64,000 nt of DNA from Antedon mediterranea (Eukaryota > Animalia > Echinodermata). A program made the position numbers and the translations under genes. Shown here one piece after another: positions 38,401-52,900 of this stretch; the first letter of the stretch is position 1; every line of letters starts with the position of its first letter. Where the stretch lies: NCBI RefSeq assembly GCF_964355755.1, contig NC_092676.1, positions 12,262,771-12,326,770 on the forward strand, written 5' to 3'. The notes under the pieces are model-generated. The model was not told the origin of the DNA. It was given only the letters and a program-made list of their open reading frames with translations, and made no database searches.

Positions 38401-40200
38401 TTGAAATCGTTTTAAACCAATTTGAGCATGTCGATAAAACTTTTCACACAAAAACATCAAAGTGCACAGAATATCTTCAAATCGCATTTAGAGACGTTTT
38501 AGACCATTTTGGGCATTTCGATGAAACTTGGTTACACAAATACATAAAAGTGCTTAAAATCACATTTAAAACCGTTTTAGAGCATTTTGAGCATTTCGAT
38601 AAAACTTTTCACACAAAAACATCAAAGTGTACAAAATAGCTTCAAATCGCATTTAGAGAGGTTTTAGACCATTTTGTGCATTTCGATAAAACTTTTCACA
38701 CAAAAACATCAAAGTGTACAAAATAACTTCAAATCGTATTTAGAGACGTTTTAGACCATTTTGTGCATTTTGATAAAACTTTTCACACAAAAACATCAAA
38801 TTGCACAAAATAGCTTAATATCGTGTTTGAAAACGTTTTAAACCATTTTGAGCATGTCGATAAAACTTTTCACACAAAAACATCAAATTGCACAAAATAG
38901 CTTAATATCGTGTTTGAAAACGTTTTAAACCATTTTGAGCATGTCGATAAAACTTTTCACACAAAAATATCAAAGTGCACAGAATATCTTCAAATCGCAT
39001 TTAGAGACGTTTAAGAACCATTTTGTGCATTTCGAAAAAATTTGTTAACATAAAAAGACCAAAGTGTTTAGAATATCTCCAAATCGCATTTGGAGACGTT
39101 TTAGACCATTTTGTGTTTTTCGAAAAAACTTTTCACACAAAAACATCAAAGTGTACAAAATTGCTTCAAATCGCATTTGGAGACGTTTTAGACCATTTTG
39201 TGATTTTCGAAAAACTTTTCACACAAAAACATCAAAGTGTAGAAAATTGCTTCAAATCGCATTTAGAGACGTTTTAGACCATTTTGTGCATTTCGAAAAA
39301 ATTTGTTAACATAAAAAGACCAAAGTGTTTAGAATATTTCCAAATCGCATTTGGAGACGTTTTAGACCATTTTGTGCATTTCGATGAAACTTGGTTACAC
39401 AAAAACATCAAAGTGCTTAAAATCACATTTAAAACCGTTTTAGAGCGTTTAGAGCATTTCGATAAACTTTTCACACAAAAACATCAAAGTGCACAAAATA
39501 GCATTTAGAGATGTTTTAGACCATTTTGTGCATTTCGATAAAACTTTTCACACAAAAACATCAAATTGCACAAAAAAGCTTAATACCGTGTTTGAAATCG
39601 TTTTAAACCAATTTGAGCATGTCGATAAAACTTTTCACACAAAAACATCAAAGTGCACAGAATATCTTCAAATCGCATTTAGAGACGTTTTAGACCATTT
39701 TGTGCATTTCGAAAAAATTTGTTAACATAAAAAGACCAAAGTGTTTAGAATATCTCCAAATCGCATTTGGAGACGTTTTAGACCATTTTGTGCATTTCGA
39801 TGAAACTTGGTTACACAAAAACATCAAAGTGCTTAAAATCACATTTGAAACCGTTTTAGAGAATTTTGAGCATTTCGATAAAACTTTTCACACAAAAACA
39901 TCAAAGTGTACAAAATAGCTTCAAATCACATTGGAAACCGTTTTAGACCATTTTGAGCATTTCGATAAAACTTTTCACACAAAAACATCAAAGTGTACAA
40001 AATAGCTTCAAATCGCATTTGGAGACGTTTTAGACCATTTTGTGCATTTCGATGAAACTTGGTTACACAAAAACATCAAAGTGCTTAAAATCACATTTGA
40101 AATCGTTTTAGACCATTTTGAGCATTTCGATAAAACTTTTCACACAAAAAAATCAAAGTGCACAAAATAGCTTCAAATCGCATTTGGAGACGTTTTAGAC
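35470..40200. repeat. Nested 685-bp and about 1869-bp higher-order duplications
   Basis: Marker offsets 35783/36468 (685); 36468/38337, 37153/39023 and 37831/39700 (1869-1870). Boundaries are approximate. Confidence 0.75.
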
Positions 40201-42719
40201 TATTTTGTGCATTTCGAAAAAATTTGTTAACATAAAAAGACCAAAGTGTTTAGAATATCTCCAAATCGCATTTGGAGACGTTTTAAACCATTTTGTGCAT
40301 TTCGATGGAACTTGGTTACACAAAAACATCAAAGTGCTTAAAATCACATTTGAAACCGTTTTAGAGCATTTTTAGCATTTCGATAATACTTTTCACACAA
40401 AAACATCAAAGTGTACAAAATAACTTCAAATCGCATTTAGAGACGTTTTAGACCATTTTGTGCATTTTGGTAAAACTTTTCACACAAAAACATCAAAGTG
40501 TACAAAATAGCTTCAAATCGCATTTAGAGACGTTTTAGACCATTTTGTGCATTTTGATAAAACTTTTCACACAAAAACATCAAATTGCACAAAATAGCTT
40601 AATACCGTGTTTGAAATCGTTTTAAACCATTTTGAGCATGTCGATAAAACTTTTCACAAAAAAACATCAAAGTGCACAGAATAGCTTCAAATCGCATTTG
40701 GAGACGTTTTAAACCATTTTGTGCATTTCGATAAAACTTTTCACATAAAAACATCAAAGTGTACAAAATAGCTTCAAATCGCATTTAGAGACGTTTTAGA
40801 CCATTTTGGGCATTTCGATGAAACTTGGTTACACAAATACATAAAAGTGCTTAAAATCACATTGCAAACCGTTTTAGAGCATTTTGAGCATTTCTATAAA
40901 ACTTTTCACACAAAAACATCAAAGTGCACAAAATAGCTTCAAATCGCATTTAGAGATGTTTTAGACCATTTTGTGCAATTCGATAAAACTTTTCATACAA
41001 AAACATCAAATTGCACAAAATAGCTTAATATCGTGTTTGAAAACGTTTTAGACCATTTTGAGCATGTCGATAAAACTTTTCACACAAAAACATAAAAGTG
41101 AACAGAATAGCTTCAAATTGCATTTGGAGACGTTTTAGAGCATTGTGTGCATTTCGATAAAATGTGTTAACATAAAAAGACCAAAGTGTTTAGAATATCT
41201 TCAAATCACATTTGGAGACGTTTTAGACCATTTTTTGCATTTCGATGAAACTTGGTTACACAAAAACATCAAAGTGCTTAAAATCACATTTAAAACCGTT
41301 TTAGAGCATTTTGAGCATTTCGATAAAACTTTTCACACAAAAACATCAAAGTGTACAAAATAGCTTCAAATCACATTTGAAACCGTTTTAGACCATTTTG
41401 AGCATTTCGATAAAACTTTTCACACAAAAACATCAAAGTGTACAAAATAGCTTCAAATCGCATTTGGAGACGTTTTAGACCATTTTGTGCATTTCGATGA
41501 AACTTGGTTACACAAAAACATCAAAGTGCTTAAAATCACATTTGAAACCGTTTTAGAGCATTTTTAGCATTTCGATAAATACTTTTCACACAAAAACATC
41601 AAGGTGTACAAAATAGCTTCAAATCGCATTTGGAGACGTTTTAGACCATTTTGTGCATTTCGATGAAACTTGGTTACAAAAAAACATCAAAGTGCTTAAA
41701 ATCACATTTGAAACCGTTTTAGACCATTTTGAGCATTTCGATAAAACTTTTCACACAAAAACATCAAATTGCACAAAATAGCTTAATATCGTGTTTGAAA
41801 ACGTTTTAGACCATTTTGAGCATGTCGATAAAACTTTTCACACAAAAACATAAAAGTGAACAGAATAGCTTCAAATTGCATTTGGAGACCTTTTAGAGCA
41901 TTTTGTGCATTTCGATAAAATGTGTTAATATAAAAAGACCAAAGTGTTTAGAATATCTTCAAATCACATTTGGAGAGGTTTTAGACCATTTTTTGCATTT
42001 CGATGAAACTTGGTTACACAAAAACATCAAAGTGCTTAAAATCACATTTAAAACCGTTTTAGAGCATTTTGAGCATTTCGATAAAACTTTTCACACAAAA
42101 ACATCAAAGTGTACAAAATAGCTTCAAATCGAATTTAGAGAGGTTTTAGACAATTTTGTGCATTTCGATAAAACTTTTCACACAAAAACATCAAAGTGTA
42201 CAAAATAACTTCAAATCCCATTTAGAGACGTTTTAGACCATTTTGTGCATTTTGATAAAACTTTTCACACAAAAACATCAAATTGCACAAAATAGCTTAA
42301 TACCGTGTTTGAAATCGTTTTAAACCATTTTGAGCATGTCGATAAAACTTTTCACAAAAAAACATCAAAGTGCACAGAGTAGCTTCAAATCGCATTTGGA
42401 GACGTTTTAAACCATTTTGTGCATTTCGATAAAACTTTTCACATAAAAACATGAAAGTGTACAAAATAGCTTCAAATCGCATTTAGAGACGTTTTAGACC
42501 ATTTTGGGCATTTCGATGAAACTTAGTTACACAAATACATAAAAGTCCTTAAAATCACATTTCAAACCGTTTTAGAGCATTTTGAGCATTTCGATAAAAC
42601 TTTTCACACAAAAACATCAAAGTGCACAAAATAGCTTCAAATCGCATTTAGAGATGTTTTAGACCATTTTGTGCAATTCGATAAAACTTTTCACACAAAA
42701 ACATCAAATTGCACAAAAT

Positions 42720-42917
42720 AAATGCAATTTGAAGCTATTCTGTTCACTTTTATGTTTTTGTGTGAAAAGTTTTATCGACATGCTCAAAATGGTCTAAAAC
42801 GTTTTCAAACACGATATTAATATCGTGTTTGAAAACGTTTTAGACCATTTTGAGCATGTCGATAAAACTTTTCACACAAAAACATAAAAGTGAACAGAAT
42901 AGCTTCAAATTGCATTT
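42720..42917. repeat. Perfect 198-bp palindrome, copy 3
   Basis: Copy 1 + 12212. Confidence 0.95.
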
Positions 42918-43753
42918 GGAGACCTTTTAGAGCATTTTGTGCATTTCGATAAAATGTGTTAATATAAAAAGACCAAAGTGTTTAGAATATCTTCAAATCA
43001 CATTTGGAGACGTTTTAGACCATTTTTTGCATTTCGATGAAACTTGGTTACACAAAAACATCAAAGTGCTTAAAATCACATTTAAAACCGTTTTAGAGCA
43101 TTTTGAGCATTTCGATAAAACTTTTCACACAAAAACATCAAAGTGTACAAAATAGCTTCAAATCGAATTTAGAGAGGTTTTAGACAATTTTGTGCATTTC
43201 GATAAAACTTTTCACACAAAAACATCAAAGTGTACAAAATAACTTCAAATCGCATTTAGAGACGTTTTAGACCATTTTGTGCTTTTTAATAAAACTTTTC
43301 ACACAAAAACATCAAATTGCACAAAATAGCTTAATACCGTGTTTGAAATCGTTTTAAACCATTTTGAGCATGTCGATAAAACTTTTCACAAAAAAACATC
43401 AAAGTGCACAGAATAGCTTCAAATCGCATTTGGAGACGTTTTAAACCATTTTGTGCATTTCGATAAAACTTTTCACATAAAAACATGAAAGTGTACAAAA
43501 TAGCTTCAAATCGCATTTAGAGACGTTTTAGACCATTTTGGGCATTTCGATGAAACTTAGTTACACAAATACATAAAAGTCCTTAAAATCACATTTCAAA
43601 CCGTTTTAGAGCATTTTGAGCATTTCGATAAAACTTTTCACACAAAAACATCAAAGTGCACAAAATAGCTTCAAATCGCATTTAGAGATGTTTTAGACCA
43701 TTTTGTGCAATTCGATAAAACTTTTCACACAAAAACATCAAATTGCACAAAAT

Positions 43754-43951
43754 AAATGCAATTTGAAGCTATTCTGTTCACTTTTATGTTTTTGTGTGAA
43801 AAGTTTTATCGACATGCTCAAAATGGTCTAAAACGTTTTCAAACACGATATTAATATCGTGTTTGAAAACGTTTTAGACCATTTTGAGCATGTCGATAAA
43901 ACTTTTCACACAAAAACATAAAAGTGAACAGAATAGCTTCAAATTGCATTT
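43754..43951. repeat. Perfect 198-bp palindrome, copy 4
   Basis: Copy 2 + 12212. Confidence 0.95.
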
Positions 43952-46900
43952 GGAGACGTTTTAGAGCATTTTGTGCATTTCGATAAAATGTGTTAACATA
44001 AAAAGACCAAAGTGTTTAGAATATCTTCAAATAACATTTGGAGACGTTTTAGACCATTTTTTGCATTTCGATGAAACTTGGTTACACAAAAACATCAAAG
44101 TGCTTAAAATCACATTTAAAACCGTTTCAGAGCATTTTGAGCATTTCGATAAAACTTTTCACACAAAAACAACAAAGTTTACAAAATAGCTTCAAATCGC
44201 ATTTAGAGAGGTTTTAGACCATTTTGTGCATTTCGATAAAACTTTTCACACAAAAACATCAAAGTGTACAAAATAACTTCAAATCGCATTTAGAGACGTT
44301 TTAGACCATTTTGTGCATTTTGGTAAAACTTTTCACACAAAAACATCAAATTGCACAAAATAGCTTAATATCGTGTTTGAAAACGTTTTAAACCATTTTG
44401 AGCATGTCGATAAAACTTTTCACACAAAAATATCAAAGTGCACAGAATAGCTTCAAATCGCATTTGGAGACGTTTTAGACCATTTTGTGCATTTTGATAA
44501 AACTTTTCACACAAAAACATCAAATTGCACAAAATAGCTTAATATCGTGTTTGAAAACGTTTTAAACCATTTTGAGCATGTCGATAAAACTTTTCACTCA
44601 AAAATATCAAAGTGCACAGAATATCTTCAAATCGCATTTAGAGACGTTTTAGACCATTTTGTGCATTTCGAAAAAATTTGTTAACATAAAAAGACCAAAG
44701 TGTTTAGAATATCTCCAAATCGCATTTGGAGACGTTTTAGACCATTTTGTGTTTTTCGAAAAAACTTTTCACACAAAAACATCAAAGTGTACAAAATTGC
44801 TTCAAATCGCATTTGGAGACGTTTTAGACCATTTTGCGATTTTCGAAAAACTTTTCACACAAAAACATCAAAGTGTAGAAAATTGCTTCAAATCGCATTT
44901 AGAGACGTTTTATACCATTTTGTGCATTTCGAAACAATTTGTTAACATAAAAAGAGCAAAGTGTTTAGAATATTTCCAAATCGCATTTGGAGACGTTTTA
45001 GACCATTTTGTGCATTTCGATGAAACTTGGTTACACAAAAACATCAAAGTGCTTAAAATCACATTTAAAACCGTTTTAGAGCGTTTTGAGCATTTCAATA
45101 AACTTTTCACACAAAAACATCAAAGTGCACAAAATAGCATTTAGAGATGTTTTAGACCATTTTGTGCATTTCGATAAAACTTTTCACACAAAAACATCAA
45201 ATTGCACAAAAAAGCTTAATACCGTGTTTGAAATCGTTTTAAACCAATTTGAGCATGTCGATAAAACTTTTCACACAAAAACATCAAAGTGCACAGAATA
45301 TCTTCAAATCGCATTTAGAGACGTTTTAGACCATTTTGTGCATTTCGAAAAAATTTGTTAACATAAAAAGACCAAAGTGTTTAGAATATCTCCAAATCGC
45401 ATTTGGAGACGTTTTAGACCATTTTGTGCATTTCGATGAAACTTGGTTACACAAAAACATCAAAGTGCTTAAAATCACATTTGAAACCGTTTTAGAGCAT
45501 TTTGAGCATTTCGATAAAACTTTTCACACAAAAACATCAAAGTGTAGAAAATTGCTTCAAATCGCATTTGGAGACGTTTTAGACTATTTTGTGCATTTCG
45601 AAAAAATTTGTTAACATAAAAAGACCAAAGTGTTTAGAATATCTCCAAATCGCATTTGGAGACGTTTTAAACCATTTTGTGCATTTCGATGGAACTTGGT
45701 TACAACAAAAACATCAAAGTGCTTAAAATCACATTTAAAACCGTTTTAGAGCATTTTGAGCATTTCGATAAAACTTTTCACACAAAAACATCAAAGTGTA
45801 CAAAATAACTTCAAATCGCATTTAGAGACGTTTTAGACCATTTTGTGCATTTTGATAAAACTTTTCACACAAAAACATCAAATTGCACAAAATAGCTTAA
45901 TATCGTGTTTGAAAACGTTTTAAACCATTTTGAGCATGTCGATAAAACTTTTCACATAAAAATATCAAAGTGCACAGAATAGCTTCAAATCGCATTTGGA
46001 GACGTTTTAGACCATTTTGTGCATTTCGATGAAACTTGGTTACACAAAAACATCAAATTGCACAAAATAGCTTAATATCGTGTTTGAAAACGTTTTAAAC
46101 CATTTTGAGCATGTCGATAAAACTTTTCACTCAAAAATATCAAAGTGCACAGAATATCTTCAAATCGCATTTAGAGACGTTTTAGACCATTTTGTGCATT
46201 TCGAAAAAATTTGTTAACATAAAAAGACCAAAGTGTTTAGAATATCTCCAAATCGCATTTGGAGACGTTTTAGACCATTTTGTGCATTTCGAAAAAATTT
46301 GTTAACATAAAAAGACCAAAGTGTTTAGAATATCTCCAAATCGCATTTGGAGACGTTTTAGACCATTTTGTGCATTTCGATGAAACTTGGTTACATAAAA
46401 ACATCAAAGTGCTTAAAATCACATTTAAAACCGTTTTAGAGCGTTTTGAGCATTTCAATAAACTTTTCACACAAAAACATCAAAGTGCACAAAATAGCTT
46501 CAAATCGCATTTAGAGATGTTTTAGACCATTTTGTGCATTTCGAAAAAACTTTTCACACAAAAACATCAAATTGCACACAATAGCTTAATACCGTGTTTG
46601 AAATCGTTTTAAACCATTTTGAGCATGTCGATAAAACTTTTCACACAAAAACATCAAAGTGCACAGAATATCTTCAAATCGCATATAGAGACGTTTTAGA
46701 CCATTTTGTGCATTTCGAAAAAATTTGTTAACATTAAAAGACCAATGTGTTTAGAATATCTCCAAATCGCATTTGGAGACGTTTTAGACCATTTTGTGCA
46801 TTTCGATGAAACTTGGTTACACAAAAACATCAAAGTGCTTAAAATCACATTTGAAACCGTTTTAGAGCATTTTGAGCATTTCGATAAAACTTTTCACACA

Positions 46901-49900
46901 AAAACATCAAAGTGTACAAAATAGCTTCAAATCACATTTGAAACCGTTTTAGACCATTTTGAGCATTTCGATAAAACTTTTCACACAAAAACATCAAAGT
47001 GTACAAAATGGCTTCAAATCGCATTTGGAGACGTTTTAGAGCATTTTGAGCATTTCGATAAAACTTTTCACACAAAAACATCAAAGTGTACAAAATAACT
47101 TCAAATCGCATTTAGAGACGTTTTAGACCATTTTGTGCATTTTGATAAAACTTTTCACACAAAAACATCAAATTGCACAAAATAGCTTAATATCGTGTTT
47201 GAAAACGTTTAAAACCATTTTGAGCATGTCGATAAAACTTTTCACATAAAAATATCAAAGTGCACAGAATAGCTTCAAATCGGATTTGGAGACGTTTTAG
47301 ACCATTTTGTGCATTTTGTTAAAACTTTTCACACAAAAACATCAAATTGCACAAAATAGCTTAATATCGTGTTTGAAAACGTTTTAAACCATTTTGAGCA
47401 TGTCGATAAAACTTTTCACTCAAAAATATCAAAGTGCACAGAATATCTTCAAATCGCATTTAGAGACGTTTTAGACCATTTTGTGCATTTCGAAAAAATT
47501 TGTTAACATAAAAAGACCAAAGTGTTTAGAATATCTCCAAATCGCATTTGGAGACGTTTTAAACCATTTTGTGCATTTCGATGGAACTTGGTTACACAAA
47601 AACATCAAAGTGCTTAAAATCACATTTAAAACCGTTTTAGAGCATTTTGAGCATTTCGATAAAACTTTTCACACAAAAACATCAAAGTGTACAAAATAGC
47701 TTCAAATCGCATTTAGAGAGGTTTTAGACCATTTTGTGCATTTCGATAAAACTTTACACACAAAAACATCAAAGTGTACAAAATAGCTTCAAATCGCATT
47801 TAGAGACGTTTTAGACCATTTTGTGCATTTCGATAAAACTTTTCACACAAAAACATCAAATTGCACAAAATAGCTTAATATCGTGTTTAAAACCGTTTTT
47901 ACCATTTTGAGCATTTCGATAAACTTTTCACACAAAAACATCAAAGTGCACAAAATAGCTTCAAATCGCATTTAGAGATGTTTTAGAACATTTTGTGCAT
48001 TTCGATAAAATTTTTCACACAAAAACATCAAATTGCACAAAAAAGCTTAATACCGTGTTTGAAATCGTTTTAAACCAATTTGAGCATGTCGATAAAACTT
48101 TTCACACAAAAACATCAAAGTGCACAGAATATCTTCAAATCGCATTTAGAGACGTTTTAGACCATTTTGGGCATTTCGATGAAACTTGGTTACACAAATA
48201 CATAAAAGTGCTTAAAATCACATTTAAAACCGTTTTAGAGCATTTTGAGCATTTCGATAAAACTTTTCACACAAAAACATCAAAGTGTACAAAATAGCTT
48301 CAAATCGCATTTAGAGAGGTTTTAGACCATTTTGTGCATTTCGATAAAACTTTTCACACAAAAACATCAAAGTGTACAAAATAGCTTCAAATCGCATTTA
48401 GAGAGGTTTTAGACCATTTTGTGCATTTCGATAAAACTTTACACACAAAAACATCAAAGTGTACAAAATAGCTTCAAATCGCATTTAGAGACGTTTTAGA
48501 CCATTTTGTGCATTTCGATAAAACTTTTCACACAAAAACATCAAATTGCACAAAATAGCTTAATATCGTGTTTAAAACCGTTTTTACCATTTTGAGCATT
48601 TCGATAAACTTTTCACACAAAAACATCAAAGTGCACAAAATAGCTTCAAATCGCATTTAGAGATGTTTTAGAACATTTTGTGCATTTCGATAAAAATTTT
48701 CACACAAAAACATCAAATTGCACAAAAAAGCTTAATACCGTGTTTGAAATCGTTTTAAACCAATTTGAGCATGTCGATAAAACTTTTCACACAAAAACAT
48801 CAAAGTGCACAGAATATCTTCAAATCGCATTTAGAGACGTTTTAGACCATTTTGGGCATTTCGATGAAACTTGGTTACACAAATACATAAAAGTGCTTAA
48901 AATCACATTTAAAACCGTTTTAGAGCATTTTGAGCATTTCGATAAAACTTTTCACACAAAAACATCAAAGTGTACAAAATAGCTTCAAATCGCATTTAGA
49001 GAGGTTTTAGACCATTTTGTGCATTTCGATAAAACTTTTCACACAAAAACATCAAAGTGTACAAAATAACTTCAAATCGTATTTAGAGACGTTTTAGACC
49101 ATTTTGTGCATTTTGATAAAACTTTTCACACAAAAACATCAAATTGCACAAAATAGCTTAATATCGTGTTTGAAAACGTTTTAAACCATTTTGAGCATGT
49201 CGATAAAACTTTTCACACAAAAACATCAAATTGCACAAAATAGCTTAATATCGTGTTTGAAAACGTTTTAAACCATTTTGAGAATGTCGATAAAACTTTT
49301 CACACAAAAATATCAAAGTGCACAGAATATCTTCAAATCGCATTTAGAGACGTTTTAGACCATTTTGTGCATTTCGAAAAAATTTGTTAACATAAAAAGA
49401 CCAAAGTGTTTAGAATATCTCCAAATCGCATTTGGAGACGTTTTAGACCATTTTGTGTTTTTCGAAAAAACTTTTCACACAAAAACATCAAAGTGTACAA
49501 AATTGCTTCAAATCGCATTTGGAGACGTTTTAGACCATTTTGTGATTTTCGAAAAACTTTTCACACAAAAACATCAAAGTGTAGAAAATTGCTTCAAATC
49601 GCATTTAGAGACGTTTTAGACCATTTTGTGCATTTCGAAAAAATTTGTTAACATAAAAAGACCAAAGTGTTTAGAATATTTCCAAATCGCATTTGGAGAC
49701 GTTTTAGACCATTTTGTGCATTTCGATGAAACTTGGTTACACAAAAACATCAAAGTGCTTAAAATCACATTTAAAACCGTTTTAGAGCGTTTTGAGCATT
49801 TCGATAAACTTTTCACACAAAAACATCAAAGTGCACAAAATAGCATTTAGAGATGTTTTAGACCATTTTGTGCATTTCGATAAAACTTTTCACACAAAAA

Positions 49901-52900
49901 CATCAAATTGCACAAAAAAGCTTAATACCGTGTTTGAAATCGTTTTAAACCAATTTGAGCATGTCGATAAAACTTTTCACACAAAAACATCAAAGTGCAC
50001 AGAATATCTTCAAATCGCATTTAGAGACGTTTTAGACCATTTTGTGCATTTCGAAAAAATTTGTTAACATAAAAAGACCAAAGTGTTTAGAATATCTCCA
50101 AATCGCATTTGGAGACGTTTTAGACCATTTTGTGCATTTCGATGAAACTTGGTTACACAAAAACATCAAAGTGCTTAAAATCACATTTGAAACCGTTTTA
50201 GAGAATTTTGAGCATTTCGATAAAACTTTTCACACAAAAACATCAAAGTGTACAAAATAGCTTCAAATCACATTTGAAACCGTTTTAGACCATTTTGAGC
50301 ATTTCGATAAAACTTTTCACACAAAAACATCAAAGTGTACAAAATAGCTTCAAATCGCATTTGGAGACGTTTTAGACCATTTTGTGCATTTCGATGAAAC
50401 TTGGTTACACAAAAACATCAAAGTGCTTAAAATCACATTTGAAATCGTTTTAGACCATTTTGAGCATTTCGATAAACTTTTCACACAAAAACATCAAAGT
50501 GCACAAAATAGCTTCAAATCGCATTTAGAGATGTTTTAGAACATTTTGTGCATTTCGATAAAAATTTTCACACAAAAACATCAAATTGCACAAAAAAGCT
50601 TAATACCGTGTTTGAAATCGTTTTAAACCAATTTGAGCATGTCGATAAAACTTTTCACACAAAAACATCAAAGTGCACAGAATATCTTCAAATCGCATTT
50701 AGAGACGTTTTAGACCATTTTGGGCATTTCGATGAAACTTGGTTACACAAATACATAAAAGTGCTTAAAATCACATTTAAAACCGTTTTAGAGCATTTTA
50801 AGCATTTCGATAAAACTTTTCACACAAAAACATCAAAGTGTACAAAATAGCTTCAAATCGCATTTAGAGAGGTTTTAGACCATTTTGTGCATTTCGATAA
50901 AACTTTTCACACAAAAACATCAAAGTGTACAAAATAACTTCAAATCGTATTTAGAGACGTTTTAGACCATTTTGTGCATTTTGATAAAACTTTTCACACA
51001 AAAACATCAAATTGCACAAAATAGCTTAATATCGTGTTTGAAAACGTTTTAAACAATTTTGAGCATGTCGATAAAACTTTTCACACAAAAACATCAAATT
51101 GCACAAAATAGCTTAATATCGTGTTTGAAAACGTTTTAAACCATTTTGAGCATGTCGATAAAACTTTTCACACAAAAATATCAAAGTGCACAGAATATCT
51201 TCAAATCGCATTTAGAGACGTTTAAGAACCATTTTGTGCATTTCGAAAAAATTTGTTAACATAAAAAGACCAAAGTGTTTAGAATATCTCCAAATCGCAT
51301 TTGGAGACGTTTTAGACCATTTTGTGTTTTTCGAAAAAACTTTTCACACAAAAACATTAAAGTGTACAAAATTGCTTCAAATCGCATTTGGAGACGTTTT
51401 AGACCATTTTGTGATTTTCGAAAAACTTTTCACACAAAAACATCAAAGTGTAGAAAATTGCTTCAAATCGCATTTAGAGACGTTTTAGACCATTTTGTGC
51501 ATTTCGAAAAAATTTGTTAACATAAAAAGACCAAAGTGTTTAGAATATTTCCAAATCGCATTTGGAGACGTTTTAGACCATTTTGTGCATTTCGATGAAA
51601 CTTGGTTACACAAAAACATCAAAGTGCTTAAAATCACATTTAAAACCGTTTTAGAGCGTTTTGAGCATTTCGATAAACTTTTCACACAAAAACATCAAAG
51701 TGCACAAAATAGCATTTAGAGATGTTTTAGACCATTTTGTGCATTTCGATAAAACTTTTCACACAAAAACATCAAATTGCACAAAAAAGCTTAATACCGT
51801 GTTTGAAATCGTTTTAAACCAATTTGAGCATGTCGATAAAACTTTTCACACAAAAACATCAAAGTGCACAGAATATCTTCAAATCGCATTTAGAGACGTT
51901 TTAGACCATTTTGTGCATTTCGAAAAAATTTGTTAACATAAAAAGACCAAAGTGTTTAGAATATCTCCAAATCGCATTTGGAGACGTTTTAGACCATTTT
52001 GTGCATTTCGATGAAACTTGGTTACACAAAAACATCAAAGTGCTTAAAATCACATTTGAAACCGTTTTAGAGAATTTTGAGCATTTCGATAAAACTTTTC
52101 ACACAAAAACATCAAAGTGTACAAAATAGCTTCAAATCACATTGGAAACCGTTTTAGACCATTTTGAGCATTTCGATAAAACTTTTCACACAAAAACATC
52201 AAAGTGTACAAAATAGCTTCAAATCGCATTTGGAGACGTTTTAGACCATTTTGTGCATTTCGATGAAACTTGGTTACACAAAAACATCAAAGTGCTTAAA
52301 ATCACATTTGAAATCGTTTTAGACCATTTTGAGCATTTCGATAAAACTTTTCACACAAAAAAATCAAAGTGCACAAAATAGCTTCAAATCGCATTTGGAG
52401 ACGTTTTAGACTATTTTGTGCATTTCGAAAAAATTTGTTAACATAAAAAGACCAAAGTGTTTAGAATATCTCCAAATCGCATTTGGAGACGTTTTAAACC
52501 ATTTTGTGCATTTCGATGGAACTTGGTTACACAAAAACATCAAAGTGCTTAAAATCACATTTGAAACCGTTTTAGAGCATTTTTAGCATTTCGATAATAC
52601 TTTTCACACAAAAACATCAAAGTGTACAAAATAACTTCAAATCGCATTTAGAGACGTTTTAGACCATTTTGTGCATTTTGGTAAAACTTTTCACACAAAA
52701 ACATCAAATTGCACAAAATAGCTTAATATCGTGTTTGAAAACGTTTTAAACCATTTTGAGCATGTCGATAAAACTTTTCACATAAAAATATCAAAGTGCA
52801 CAGAATAGCTTCAAATCGCATTTGGAGACGTTTTAGACCATTTTGTGCATTTTGGTAAAACTTTTCACACAAAAACATCAAATTGCACAAAATAGCTTAA

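Larger units (their letters stand above)
28259..52708. repeat. 12.2-kb tandem duplication within the satellite (28259-40470 and 40471-52681, plus 27-bp junction overlap)
   Basis: Rare variants and ORF-track coordinates recur at +12212 (28933/41145, 32447/44659, 37153/49365) and then +12211 (37831/50042, 39700/51911). The palindromes also recur at +12212. Confidence 0.93.
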
